The notes below the pieces were generated by a model. That model saw only the letters and a program-made list of their open reading frames with translations, ran no database searches and was not told the DNA's origin. Position numbers and translations under genes: made by a program. From an uncultured beta proteobacterium (lineage in GTDB: Bacteria > Pseudomonadota > Gammaproteobacteria > Burkholderiales > Burkholderiaceae_C): a stretch of DNA of 64,000 nucleotides. Positions 10,886 to 20,313 of the stretch are shown piece by piece. Each line of letters opens with the position of its first letter. Positions within the stretch are counted from its first letter, which is position 1. The stretch covers positions 48,564 to 112,563 of the forward strand of contig CAVPMY010000012.1 in NCBI GenBank assembly GCA_963706685.1, given 5' to 3'.

Positions 10886-12502
10886 ATGCCCGATCAGAAC
10901 CTGTACGCCGCACTGCGCGCCGGTTTTCCGGCCGACCTCGACGCCACTGCGATCGAGACCTGCGACACGAGCGAACCGCTCCACTACACCTGGCGCGACC
11001 TCGAACGAGCGAGTGCGCGCATCGCCAACCTGCTCGACGGCCTGGATATTCCGGCCGCGTCGCGCATCGCCGTGCATGCCGACAAGAGCGTCGAGGCGTT
11101 GATGCTCTACCTGGCGGTGCTGCGCGCGGGGCATGTCTACCTGCCGCTGAACACCGCCTACCAGGCGGCCGAGCTCGAATACTTCATCGGCAATGCCGAA
11201 CCGGCCGTGGTGGTCTGCGCCAAGCGCAACTTCCCCTGGCTCAGCAAGCTGGCTTTCGCCGCCGGCGTGCGCAACGTGTTCACGTTGGACAGCGACCGCA
11301 CGGGCACGCTGCTGGATCGCGCCGCGTTCATGGGCGAAGACCACATGGCGGTCGAGCGCAGCGCGGACGATCTCGCCGCCATCCTCTACACCAGCGGCAC
11401 CACCGGGCGCAGCAAGGGCGCGATGCTGACGCATGGCAACCTGCTGTCCAACGCGCTGGTGCTCAAGGACTATTGGGGCTGGGTACGCGAGCCCCAAGGT
11501 GGCGGCAAGCCGCCACCGTCCCCCAAGGGGAGCGAGTCAACTAGGGAGCGGCCCGGCGTCGACTCGGCTGACGTGTTGATCCACGCGCTGCCGATCTTTC
11601 ACGTGCATGGCCTGTTCGTCGCCATCCATGGCGCCCTGCTCAACGGCAGCAAGATGCTCTGGTTCGAGAAGTTCGACCCGCGCGCCACGATTGCCGAGAT
11701 GGCGCGGGCCACGGTGATGATGGGCGTGCCGACGCTGTACGTGCGCATGCTCGCCGAGCCTTCGTTGACGCGCGACGCGGCTTCGCACATGCGCCTCTTC
11801 ATCGCCGGCTCGGCGCCGCTGCTGCCCGAGACCTTCGACGCCTGGCGCGAGCGCACCGGCCACACCATCGTCGAGCGCTACGGCATGAGCGAAACCATCA
11901 TGCTGGCGTCCAATGCCTACCACCCCGAAGATGGCGAGCGCCGCGCCGGCACCGTCGGCAAGCCGCTGCCCGGTGTGCAGTTGCGCATCGGCGGCTCATC
12001 GCAAACCGGCGCTGGCGAGATCGGCGGCATCGAAGTGCGCGGCCCGAATGTCTTCAAGGGCTACTGGCGCATGCCGGAGAAGACCGCCGAGGAATTCACC
12101 GCCGACGGCTGGTTCAGGACCGGCGACGTCGGCATGATCAATGCGCAGGGTGTCGTCACCATCGTCGGTCGCAGCAAGGACCTGATCATCAGCGGCGGCT
12201 ACAACGTCTATCCGGCCGAGATCGAGGGCTACCTCAACGAGCAACCCGGCGTGGCCGAGAGCGCCGTCGTCGGCGTGCCGCACCCCGACTTCGGCGAAGC
12301 CGTGATCGCGGTCGTCGTGCCCAAGGGCAACGCGAAACTCGATGCCCAGGCGCTCATCGCGTCGATGAAAAACAAGATCGCCGCGTTCAAGGTGCCCAAA
12401 CGCGTCTTCGTCGAAACCGAATTGCCGCGCAACCAGATGGGCAAGGTGCAGAAGAACCTGCTGCGCGACGAGCATCGCGGGCTGTTCGGCGGCGCGGCCT
12501 GA
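10886..12502 (+). CDS. matB: malonyl-CoA synthetase (AMP-binding family)
   Basis: Intact ORF. ILYTSGTTGRSKG, LIHALPIFHVHGLF, GYWRMPEKTAEEFTADGWFRTGD, SGGYNVYPAEIE, MGKVQKN. Close in layout to rhizobial MatB, apart from a ~27-aa insertion. Confidence 0.85.
   Translation: MPDQNLYAALRAGFPADLDATAIETCDTSEPLHYTWRDLERASARIANLLDGLDIPAASRIAVHADKSVEALMLYLAVLRAGHVYLPLNTAYQAAELEYFIGNAEPAVVVCAKRNFPWLSKLAFAAGVRNVFTLDSDRTGTLLDRAAFMGEDHMAVERSADDLAAILYTSGTTGRSKGAMLTHGNLLSNALVLKDYWGWVREPQGGGKPPPSPKGSESTRERPGVDSADVLIHALPIFHVHGLFVAIHGALLNGSKMLWFEKFDPRATIAEMARATVMMGVPTLYVRMLAEPSLTRDAASHMRLFIAGSAPLLPETFDAWRERTGHTIVERYGMSETIMLASNAYHPEDGERRAGTVGKPLPGVQLRIGGSSQTGAGEIGGIEVRGPNVFKGYWRMPEKTAEEFTADGWFRTGDVGMINAQGVVTIVGRSKDLIISGGYNVYPAEIEGYLNEQPGVAESAVVGVPHPDFGEAVIAVVVPKGNAKLDAQALIASMKNKIAAFKVPKRVFVETELPRNQMGKVQKNLLRDEHRGLFGGAA
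11484..11564 (+). repeat. ~81-nt GC-rich insertion, in frame inside matB, with internal hairpin (possible REP/MITE-like element)
   Basis: Encodes VREPQGGGKPPPSPKGSESTRERPGVD between DYWGW and SADVLIHALP, where MatB homologues have only a few residues. Hairpin GGTGGCGGC-AA-GCCGCCACC at 11498-11517. Its 3' half resembles 43753-43835. Confidence 0.5.
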
Positions 12503-12521
12503 CGCGGCAGTACGACGCGCT

Positions 12522-13229
12522 CAGCGCAACGACAGTTTCTTCAGCCTGAGCAGGCGCCGGACCTCCGCGCTGCCCTTGAGCGCGAGCCACGCCATTTCGA
12601 TCTCGTCGCGCTCCGCCGACTCCAGCATGCGAGACAGGCAAGCGCGGCCAAAAGTGGCCTGGTGCAAGACGTGGTGGCGGCGGATGAGCGCCAGCCTTCA
12701 GACTCGTAATGACCTGGTTGGCCACCTTGGTGATCTGCCCGGCGCCGGCCGGGCCAACATGGTGATGTTCTTGCCCATCAGCGTGAGCAGCGGCTGCATG
12801 CGCGCGAAGACCTGGGGGGGCGGTCAGGCTGGCCGCCTTGGCGCCGACTTCGCCGCCGGACACCGGCGCGTCGAGCCAGTCGGCGCCGCTGGCTTCGATG
12901 CGCCGGGCGAAGTCCTGCGTCTCGATCGGCGCGATCGAGCTCATGTCGATGACGGTCTTGCCTTTGCCCTTGCCGTCGGCCAAGGCCTGCGCCACGCCGC
13001 CGTCGCCGAACAGCACCTTCTGCACATCGGGCGTGTCGGGCACCATGGTGAAGATCACGTCGGCCTTTGCCGCCACGTCGGCCGGCGAAGCGCAGGCCAC
13101 GGCACCAGCGTCGAGCAGGGCCTGCGGCGCCTTGCTGCGCGTGTTGACGACGAGGTCGTGGCCGGCAGCGCGCAGGTGGCCCGCCATCGGCGCGCCCATG
13201 ATGCCCAGGCCGATGAATCCGAGTTTCAT
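12522..13229 (-). pseudogene. 3-hydroxyisobutyrate dehydrogenase / tartronate-semialdehyde reductase family, degraded
   Basis: MKLGFIGLGIMGAPMAGHL...DAPVSGGEVGAKAASLT, then the conserved IMVGG block is missing. PQVFARMQPLLTLMGKNIT and HVGPAGAGQITKVANQVI are in different frames. The C-terminal part is short and only weakly family-like. Confidence 0.65.
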
Positions 13230-13263
13230 GTGAACGAGATCCTTGTGAACGACGGTGCGGCGA

Positions 13264-14544
13264 TCAGAAACGCGGCGCCTGGCCGCTGAAGGTCGGGTCG
13301 GTCTTGCGCATCTGCGCCAGATCGTTGCGGGTGCGGATGCCGCAGTGCAGGTACTGGTCATGCAGCCGTGCCAGCGCCGTGCGGTCGATCTCGACGCCCA
13401 GTCCCGGCGTGCGCGGCACCGCCACCGCGCCACCGCTGAAGGCCACGCGGCCGCCGGCGATGACTTCCTCTTCCTGCCACGGGTAATGCGTGTCGCAGGC
13501 GTAGCTGAGCTGCGGCACGCTGGCGGCCAGGTGCGTCATCGCCACCAGGCTGATGCCCAGGTGCGAATTCGAGTGCATCGAAATGCCCAGGCCATAGAGT
13601 TCGCACAGCCGCGCCAACTGCTGCGTGGCCCGCAGGCCGCCCCAGTAGTGATGGTCCGACAGCACGACCTGCACGGCGCCGAGGGCGACACTGCGCTTGA
13701 ATTCGTCGAAGCCGGTGACCACCATGTTGGTGGCCAGCGGCAGCCGGGTGTGGCGCGACAACTCGGCCATGCCCTCGAGGCCGGGCGTCGGGTCTTCGTA
13801 GTATTCGAGCAGGTTGTCGAGCTCGGGTGCCGCGGCGATGCTGGTGGCCAGCGACCAGTTGGCGTTCGGATCGAGCCGCAGCGGCAACGTCGGAAACGCC
13901 TCGCGCAGCGCGCGCATGCAGACAATCTCTTGCGCGGGCTCGAACACGCCGCCCTTGAGCTTGATGCTGCCAAAGCCGTACTGGCCGATCATGCGCCGTG
14001 CCTGGGCCACGATCTGCTGCGCGTTCAGCGCTTCGCCCCAGGCGTCGGCCGGGTAAGGCCGCTCGACATGCTCGGCCTGCTTGAAGAACAGGTAGGCGCT
14101 GTAGGGCACCTGCTCGCGCACCGCACCGCCGAGCAGGTCGCAGACCGGTGCGCCCAGGCGCTGGCCTTGCAGGTCGAGCATCGCCACTTCGAGCGCGCTG
14201 ATGACCTTGGCCGCGTTCTTGGCGCCGTGCGAGCCGGGCGCCAGTTCGAGTTCATTCGCCGAGTGCGTGGCCTTGACGGTGGCACGCACACGCTCTTCCA
14301 TCAGGTTGAGGTCGAACGGCGACAGGCCCGGCACGAGCGGCGCCGCCGCGGCCAGCGCCTCCTGCATCACCGCGTCGCCATAGGTCTCGGCGATGCCGAT
14401 GCGGCCGTCGGAGGCTTCGAGCTCGACGATGGCGCGCAGCGCCCACGGCTCGTGGATGCCGCTGGCGTTGAGCAGCGGCGGGTCGCGAAAGGCGATCGGC
14501 GTGACCTGCAGGCGGCGCAGTGACCAGTCGCTGTGGCCGGCCAT
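13264..14544 (-). CDS. enolase-superfamily protein, glucarate dehydratase-related (GudX-like)
   Basis: Intact 426-aa ORF. IKLKGGVF, RLDPNANW, LSDHHYWGG, ISMHSNSHLGIS. Confidence 0.8.
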   Translation of the reverse strand: MAGHSDWSLRRLQVTPIAFRDPPLLNASGIHEPWALRAIVELEASDGRIGIAETYGDAVMQEALAAAAPLVPGLSPFDLNLMEERVRATVKATHSANELELAPGSHGAKNAAKVISALEVAMLDLQGQRLGAPVCDLLGGAVREQVPYSAYLFFKQAEHVERPYPADAWGEALNAQQIVAQARRMIGQYGFGSIKLKGGVFEPAQEIVCMRALREAFPTLPLRLDPNANWSLATSIAAAPELDNLLEYYEDPTPGLEGMAELSRHTRLPLATNMVVTGFDEFKRSVALGAVQVVLSDHHYWGGLRATQQLARLCELYGLGISMHSNSHLGISLVAMTHLAASVPQLSYACDTHYPWQEEEVIAGGRVAFSGGAVAVPRTPGLGVEIDRTALARLHDQYLHCGIRTRNDLAQMRKTDPTFSGQAPRF

Positions 14545-14546
14545 CG

Positions 14547-15314
14547 TCAGGCTCGCGGCGCGCGCATGGCGGCGAGGATCTCCTGCGAGCCCGCCATCAG
14601 GATGCGTGCATCCGAGCTGACGGTGACGAGGTCGAAGCCTTTGGCAATGCGCGCAAGGGCAACGTCGGGGCGGCCGTTGTGCACGCAGGCCTTGATGCCA
14701 TGCGCATGGGCGCGCGCCAGGATGTGGTCCATGGCCTCGGCCACCGGCGGGTCGACGTCATCGAACACCGGCTTGCAGCCGAGCGACAGCGACAGGTCCG
14801 ACGGGCCGATGTAGACCGCGTCGACGCCCTCGACGCTGCAGATGGCGTCCAGGTTGTCGAGCGCCTGGGCGGTCTCGATCATCGCGATGACCAGCGTGTT
14901 GTCGTTGGCTGCGCTCGCATAGTCGGCACCATGCACCAGGCCCGCGCGCACCGGCCCGAAGCTGCGTGTGCCGCGCGGCGCATAACGTGAATACGAGACC
15001 AGGCGCTCGGCGTCTTCGCGCGTGTTGACCATCGGGCAGATGATGGCCTGCGCGCCGGCGTCGAGCGTCTTCATGATGATCGCCGGCTCCAGCCAGGGCA
15101 CGCGCACGATCGGCATCGTCGGCGTGGCCTGGATGGCTTGCAGCATCGGCACCAGCGCCGCGGCATCGATCAGGCCGTGCTGCAGGTCGATCGTCAGCGT
15201 GTCCCAGCCCTGGTGCGCCATGACCTCGGCGCAAAAGCTGTTGGGAATCGCCAGCCAGCCGTTGACGGCGGCCTTCTTGTTGGCCCACAGGGTGCGAAGT
15301 TGGTTGTCTCTCAT
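14547..15314 (-). CDS. HpcH/HpaI-family aldolase (2-dehydro-3-deoxy-aldarate aldolase-like)
   Basis: Intact 255-aa ORF. Layout comparable to E. coli GarL/HpcH (IVRVP..., [26 protein letters not shown]). Confidence 0.8.
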   Translation of the reverse strand: MRDNQLRTLWANKKAAVNGWLAIPNSFCAEVMAHQGWDTLTIDLQHGLIDAAALVPMLQAIQATPTMPIVRVPWLEPAIIMKTLDAGAQAIICPMVNTREDAERLVSYSRYAPRGTRSFGPVRAGLVHGADYASAANDNTLVIAMIETAQALDNLDAICSVEGVDAVYIGPSDLSLSLGCKPVFDDVDPPVAEAMDHILARAHAHGIKACVHNGRPDVALARIAKGFDLVTVSSDARILMAGSQEILAAMRAPRA

Positions 15315-15330
15315 TGCAATGTCCTTCTCG

Positions 15331-16928
15331 TCATGTCACCGGTGCCGGATTGAACAGCACCAGTGCGTTGTGCAGCTTCCACTGCTCGGCCCAGGTTTTC
15401 TTGCGCCCGCTGGCCACGTCGAGCATCAATCGGAACAATTCCCAGCCGACCTCTTCGATGGTCGCCGTGCCGTCGGCGATCGCGCCGGCGTTGACGTCCA
15501 TCAGGTCGTGCCAGCGCCGCGCCAGGTCGCTGCGCGTGGCGACCTTGATCACCGGCACCGCGGCCAGGCCATACGGCGTGCCGCGGCCGGTGGTGAAGAC
15601 ATGCAGGTTCATGCCGGCGGCCAGTTGCAGCGTGCCGCAGATGAAATCGCTGGCCGGCGTGGCAGCGTAGGTCAATCCTTTGGCGCGCAGCTTCTCGCCG
15701 GGCGAGAGCACATTCGATATCGGCGCCGAGCCCGACTTGACGATCGAGCCCATCGCCTTTTCGACGATGTTCGACGAGCCCGCCCTTCTTGTTGCCCGGC
15801 GTCGTGTTGGCACTGCGATCGACCTGGCCGCGCTTCAGGTAGGCGTCGTACCAGGCCATCTCGTCGATCATGCGTTGCGCCACGTCGGCCGTCGTGGCGC
15901 GTGAGGTCAGCTGGTCGATGCCGTCGCGGACTTCGGTGGTCTCGGAGAACATCACGCTGGCACCGGCGCGCACCAGCAGGTCGGTGCAGAAGCCCACCGC
16001 CGGGTTGGCCGTGACGCCGGAGAAGGCATCGCTGCCGCCGCATTGCACGCCGACCACCAGCTCGCTCGCCGGCACCGTTTCGCGCCGGCGCGCGTTCAGG
16101 CGCTCGAGGTGTTCCTCGGCGGTGGTCATGATCGACTCGATCATCGACATGAAGCCGACATGCGCGTCGTCCTGCAGGCGAACCACGTCGAGTCGGGCTT
16201 CTTCGCTGGCGCCGACATCGGCGACGTTGCGTTCGTCGACGATCGCAAACGAACCCGGTGGCAGCAATCGCTCGGGCTGCAGTTTTTCGCAGCCGAGGCT
16301 GACCACCATCACCTCGCCGCCGAAGTTCGGGTTCAGGCTGATGTTGCGCAGCGTGCGGATCGGGATCTCGGCGCCCGGCGCGTCGATCGCCACGCCGCAG
16401 CCGTAGCTGTGCTCGAGGCCGATCACGTCGTCGACGTTCGGGAAACGCGGCAGCAGCTCCGACTTGATGCGCTGCAGCGCAAAGTCGAGCACGCCGGCGA
16501 CGCATTGCACGGTCGTCGTGATGGCCAGGATGTTGCGCGTGCCGACCGAACCGTCGGCATTGCGAAAACCTTCGAAGGTGTAGCCATCGAGCGCCGGTTG
16601 CGTTGCGGGCTTGACGGTGGCGATCGGCAGGCCGTCGAGTCCACGCGCTTCGGGCATCTTCAGCAGCCGCTCGTGGACCCAGCTGCCGGCGGCGATGTCG
16701 TCGTTGGCAAAGCCGATCGGGATGCCGTAGCGCAGCACCGGCGCAGCCGGCGGCGATGTCGACCAGCGCCACCTTGTGCCCCTGCGGCACGCGCTCGCGC
16801 AGCGTCAGTCCCGAGGGCAGCACCACGCCGGGCGGCAGGCCACCGTCGTTGGCGACGATGGCGACGTTGTCGCGCTCGTGCATGCGGATGGTCAGTGGCG
16901 CGGACATCGGTTTTTCGAGAACGGTCAC
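15331..16928 (-). pseudogene. garD: galactarate dehydratase, 2 frame breaks
   Basis: Three minus-strand frames join into a near full-length GarD: ...[11 protein letters not shown] / [20 protein letters not shown]...[11 protein letters not shown]...[18 protein letters not shown]...PGNKKGGL / [15 protein letters not shown]...[11 protein letters not shown]...VLFNPAPVT. Breaks near 16745 and 15777. Confidence 0.85.
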
Positions 16929-16932
16929 CGGT

Positions 16933-17946
16933 TCACTCGGGTTTGATGCCCGCGTTCTTGATGACCTTGGTCCACAGGTCGAGCTCGCTCTGCACGAACT
17001 TGGTGTAGGCGGCGGGGCCCGGCGCCGGCACGACGAAGCCCACCGACTCGAGGCGCTGCTTGATCTCCGGCGACGTCATGATCTTGCGCAGTGCGGCATC
17101 GAGCTTGTCGACGATCGGCTGCGGCGTGCCCTTGATCGCCGACAGGCCCGACCACGACAGCGCCTGAAAGCCGGGCAGCCCGCTCTCGGCGATGGTCGGC
17201 ACGTCCGGGTACAGCGGGTTGCGCTGCAAGCTGGTGACCGCCAGCGCCCGCAGCTTGCCGGCCTTGACGTGCGGCAGCGCCGTGTCCTGGTTGATGAACA
17301 TCAGCGGGATCTGGCCGCCCAGCAGATCCTGCATCATCGGCCCGCCGCCGCGGTAGGGGATGCCGACCATGAAGAAGCCCTTGCAGTCCTTCGTGCCGGC
17401 CGGGCATTCGCTGGCCCGTTGCTTGAGCAGTTCCATCGCCATGTGGCCCGAGGCTGCGTGCGTATAGCCGTAGTTGAGCTTGCCCGGATTGGCGCGCACA
17501 TAGTCGACCAGTTCCTTGTAGGTCTTGAACGGCGTGCTGGCATTGACCACGAGCAGGTTGGGTCCCGAGTGCACCTGCGTCAGGTGCACGAAGTCCTTCA
17601 TGCTGTCGTAGCCGAGCTTCGGGTCCAACCCATGCGCGACGGCGTTCTGGCCGACGCCGGTCTGCACGATCGTGTAGCCATCGGGTGTCATGCCCTTGGC
17701 GCGCAGCGTGCCGATGGTGCCGCCGGCGCCGCCGATGTTGTCGACGACGAACTGCTGGCCGAGTTCCTTGGACAGCGCCTCGGCGATCATGCGCGCCATC
17801 ACGTCGCTGGTGCCTCCGGCGGGGAACGGGCTGACGATCTTGACCGGCTTGGTGGGCCAGCTGTCCTGGGCCGCCGCGGGCAGCGCCAAGCTGCATGCCA
17901 AGGCTGTGAAGGCCGAGGCGGCCAGGACGTTTCTGCGCAAGCGCAT
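16933..17946 (-). CDS. Bug-family (TctC) tripartite tricarboxylate transporter substrate-binding protein
   Basis: Intact 337-aa ORF. Signal peptide. Motif [16 protein letters not shown]. No tctA/tctB next to it. Confidence 0.85.
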   Translation of the reverse strand: MRLRRNVLAASAFTALACSLALPAAAQDSWPTKPVKIVSPFPAGGTSDVMARMIAEALSKELGQQFVVDNIGGAGGTIGTLRAKGMTPDGYTIVQTGVGQNAVAHGLDPKLGYDSMKDFVHLTQVHSGPNLLVVNASTPFKTYKELVDYVRANPGKLNYGYTHAASGHMAMELLKQRASECPAGTKDCKGFFMVGIPYRGGGPMMQDLLGGQIPLMFINQDTALPHVKAGKLRALAVTSLQRNPLYPDVPTIAESGLPGFQALSWSGLSAIKGTPQPIVDKLDAALRKIMTSPEIKQRLESVGFVVPAPGPAAYTKFVQSELDLWTKVIKNAGIKPE

Positions 17947-17965
17947 GTCGATGTCCTTTGCGAAG

Positions 17966-19312
17966 TCAGCCGGTGCGGTCGAGCGCCGGCCGTTTGGGGT
18001 TGAAGGTCCAGCCGGGAATCAGGGATTGCATCGCTGCGGCATCGTCGCGAGCACCCAGCCCGTGTTGCAGGTAGAGCTGATGCGCTTTCTCGACCTCGGC
18101 CATGTCGAGCTCGACACCGAGGCCGGGCTTCTTCGGCACCTGCACATGGCCGCCGACGATCTGCAACGGCTGTTTCGTCAGCCGCTGGCCGTCCTGCCAG
18201 ATCCAATGCGTGTCGATCGCCGTCACCTTGCCCGGCGCCGCGGCGCCGACCTGCGTGAACATCGCCAGCGAGACATCGAAGTGGTTGTTCGAATGCGAGC
18301 CCCAGGTCAGGCCCCAGTCGCGGCAGGTCTGGGCCACGCGCACGCTGCCGGCCATGGTCCAGAAATGCGGATCGGCCAGCGGGATGTCCACGGACTGCAG
18401 CGACAGCGCATGCACCAGCTGGCGCCAATCGGTGGCGATCATGTTGGTCGCCGTCGGCAAGCCGGTGGCGCGGCGGAACTCGGCCATCACTTCGCGGCCC
18501 GAGAAGCCTTCTTCGGCGCCGCAAGGGTCTTCGGCATAGGCGACGACGCCGCGCATGTCGCGCATCAGGCGGATCGCGTCCTTCAACAGCCAGCCGCCGT
18601 TCGGGTCGAGCGTGATGCGCGCGTCGGGGTAACGCTCGTGCAGGGCGACGATGGCCTCGACCTCGTCTTCGCCGCGCAGCACGCCGCCCTTCAACTTGAA
18701 GTCGTTGAAGCCGTAGCGCTCGCGCGCGGCTTCGGCCTGGCGGACGATGGCTTGCGGCGTCAGCGCTTCGGCATGCCGCACCCGAAACCATGCGTTGTCT
18801 GCGTCTGGTTCTTCGCGATAGGGCAGGTCGGTCTTCTTCTTGTCGCCGACGTAGAACAGGTAGCCGAGCATCTCGACCGACTCGCGCTGCTGGCCTTCGC
18901 CGAGAAGTGCGGCCACCGGCACGCCGAGATGCTGGCCGAGCAGGTCGAGCAGCGCTGACTCGATCGCGGTCACCGCGTGGATGGTGGTGCGCAGATCGAA
19001 GGTTTGTTGCCCGCGGCCGCCGGCATCGCGGTCGGCGAAGCGCTCCTGCACCGAACGCAGCACAGCCTGCACGTTGCCGACCGATTGGCCGACGACCAGC
19101 GGCGCCGCATCTTCGAGCGTGGCGCGGATCTTCTCGCCGCCCGGCACTTCGCCGACACCCGTGTTGCCGGCGCTGTCGGTGAGGATGACGAGGTTGCGCG
19201 TGAAGAACGGGCCATGCGCGCCCGACAGGTTGAGCAGCATGCCGTCGCGGCCGGCGACCGGGATGGCTTGCAGCGTGACGATCTTGGGCGTGGCACTCAT
19301 GGCAATCGGCAT
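17966..19312 (-). CDS. gudD: D-glucarate dehydratase
   Basis: Intact 448-aa [40 protein letters not shown]. Confidence 0.9.
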   Translation of the reverse strand: MPIAMSATPKIVTLQAIPVAGRDGMLLNLSGAHGPFFTRNLVILTDSAGNTGVGEVPGGEKIRATLEDAAPLVVGQSVGNVQAVLRSVQERFADRDAGGRGQQTFDLRTTIHAVTAIESALLDLLGQHLGVPVAALLGEGQQRESVEMLGYLFYVGDKKKTDLPYREEPDADNAWFRVRHAEALTPQAIVRQAEAARERYGFNDFKLKGGVLRGEDEVEAIVALHERYPDARITLDPNGGWLLKDAIRLMRDMRGVVAYAEDPCGAEEGFSGREVMAEFRRATGLPTATNMIATDWRQLVHALSLQSVDIPLADPHFWTMAGSVRVAQTCRDWGLTWGSHSNNHFDVSLAMFTQVGAAAPGKVTAIDTHWIWQDGQRLTKQPLQIVGGHVQVPKKPGLGVELDMAEVEKAHQLYLQHGLGARDDAAAMQSLIPGWTFNPKRPALDRTG

Positions 19313-19356
19313 GGAGGTCTTAAGACAGTGGCGGCGGAAGTGAAACTGCCGCCATG

Positions 19357-19374
19357 TTGTACGTCATCGTACAA
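19357..19374. promoter_or_regulatory. inverted repeat TTGTACG-TCAT-CGTACAA, candidate GntR/FadR-type operator
   Basis: Perfect 7-bp arms in the gap between the GntR gene and gudD. A related AGTTGT-ACG-ACAACT lies at 20233-20247. Confidence 0.45.
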
Positions 19375-19389
19375 CTTGCATCGATCCTG

Positions 19390-20169
19390 TCAAGCGGCTT
19401 TGCGCGCCCCGCGCCCGGGCGCGCGAGCACGGGCCGGCAGCACCTGCGCCCGGCGGCGGCGCTCGCGGCTGTTGGCCAGGTGGGTGCGCATCGCCGCGCG
19501 CGCGGCCTCGGCATCGCGCGCCACGATTGCGTCGTAGATGTTCTCGTGCTCGGCGTTGACGCGGCGCAGGAATTCGCGCCGCTCGTCGGTCATCGCCACC
19601 GGGGCATCGAGGCGCGCGCGCGGAATCATGCTCGAGCCGAGGGTGGTCATCAGTTCGGCGAAATGCGGGTTTTGCGTGGCCCGCGCGATCTCCAGATGGA
19701 AACGGAAATCGGAAGCCACCGCGTCGTGCCCGGCGTGCAACGCGACGCTGAAGTCGTCGAGCGCAGCCCGCATCGCGCCCAGGTTGGCCTCGCTGCAGCG
19801 CTGAGCGGCCAATGCCGCGGCCTCGGTCTCGAGGCCGATACGCAGCTCGAGCATCGCGACCACGTCCTGCAAGGTCGACAATTGCTCGGGCGTGATGCGA
19901 AATGGCGCCGCCTCGCCGGGCCCCGTAACGAAGGTGCCGATGCCGTGCCGCGTCATCACCTGGCCGGCGGCCTGCAACTTGGACAACGCCTCGCGCACGA
20001 CGGTGCGGCTGACGCCGAAGCCGGCCATGATCTCGGCTTCGGTGGGCAGCTTTTCGCCACGCGCCAGGCGGCCGTCGCGGATGCGGTCGCCGAGCGATTC
20101 GACCAGTTCGAGCGCCAGGTTGCGGCCGCGCCGCGGCGCGGGAGGAGGGAGCGCTTTGCGTGCGGACAT
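19390..20169 (-). CDS. GntR-family (FadR/FCD subfamily) transcriptional regulator
   Basis: Intact 259-aa ORF. wHTH LPTEAEIMAGFGVSRTVVREALSKL plus an FCD-like C-terminal domain. Confidence 0.85.
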   Translation of the reverse strand: MSARKALPPPAPRRGRNLALELVESLGDRIRDGRLARGEKLPTEAEIMAGFGVSRTVVREALSKLQAAGQVMTRHGIGTFVTGPGEAAPFRITPEQLSTLQDVVAMLELRIGLETEAAALAAQRCSEANLGAMRAALDDFSVALHAGHDAVASDFRFHLEIARATQNPHFAELMTTLGSSMIPRARLDAPVAMTDERREFLRRVNAEHENIYDAIVARDAEAARAAMRTHLANSRERRRRAQVLPARARAPGRGARKAA

Positions 20170-20232
20170 CGCGATTCGTGAAAACCCTTAGTACAACGCC
20201 TTGACGGCGCCGAGACTTCAGTGAATCATTTA

Positions 20233-20247
20233 GTTGTACGACAACTG
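20233..20247. promoter_or_regulatory. inverted repeat AGTTGT-ACG-ACAACT, candidate operator in the regulator/udh divergent region
   Basis: Shares the TTGTAC core with 19357-19374. Lies between the divergent GntR gene and udh. Confidence 0.4.
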
Positions 20248-20313
20248 ATGACAACCCTGGATCGACCCGATGGTGCCGCAACCTGGGCAAACGATCAAGG
20301 CCGACAGACAAAG

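Noticed and set aside
12522-12700. Small ORF ending ...MLESAERDEIEMAWLALKGSAEVRRLLRLKKLSLR as a stand-alone antitoxin-like gene
   Set aside because: It lies where the C-terminal domain of the degraded 3-HIBDH-family gene should be and retains weak family similarity (QA..G....SR.LE). There is no partner toxin gene.
19331-19354. GGCGGC...GCCGCC hairpin after the GntR gene as a rho-independent terminator
   Set aside because: It has only a 6-bp stem with a 12-nt loop and no T-tract, which is too weak to call.
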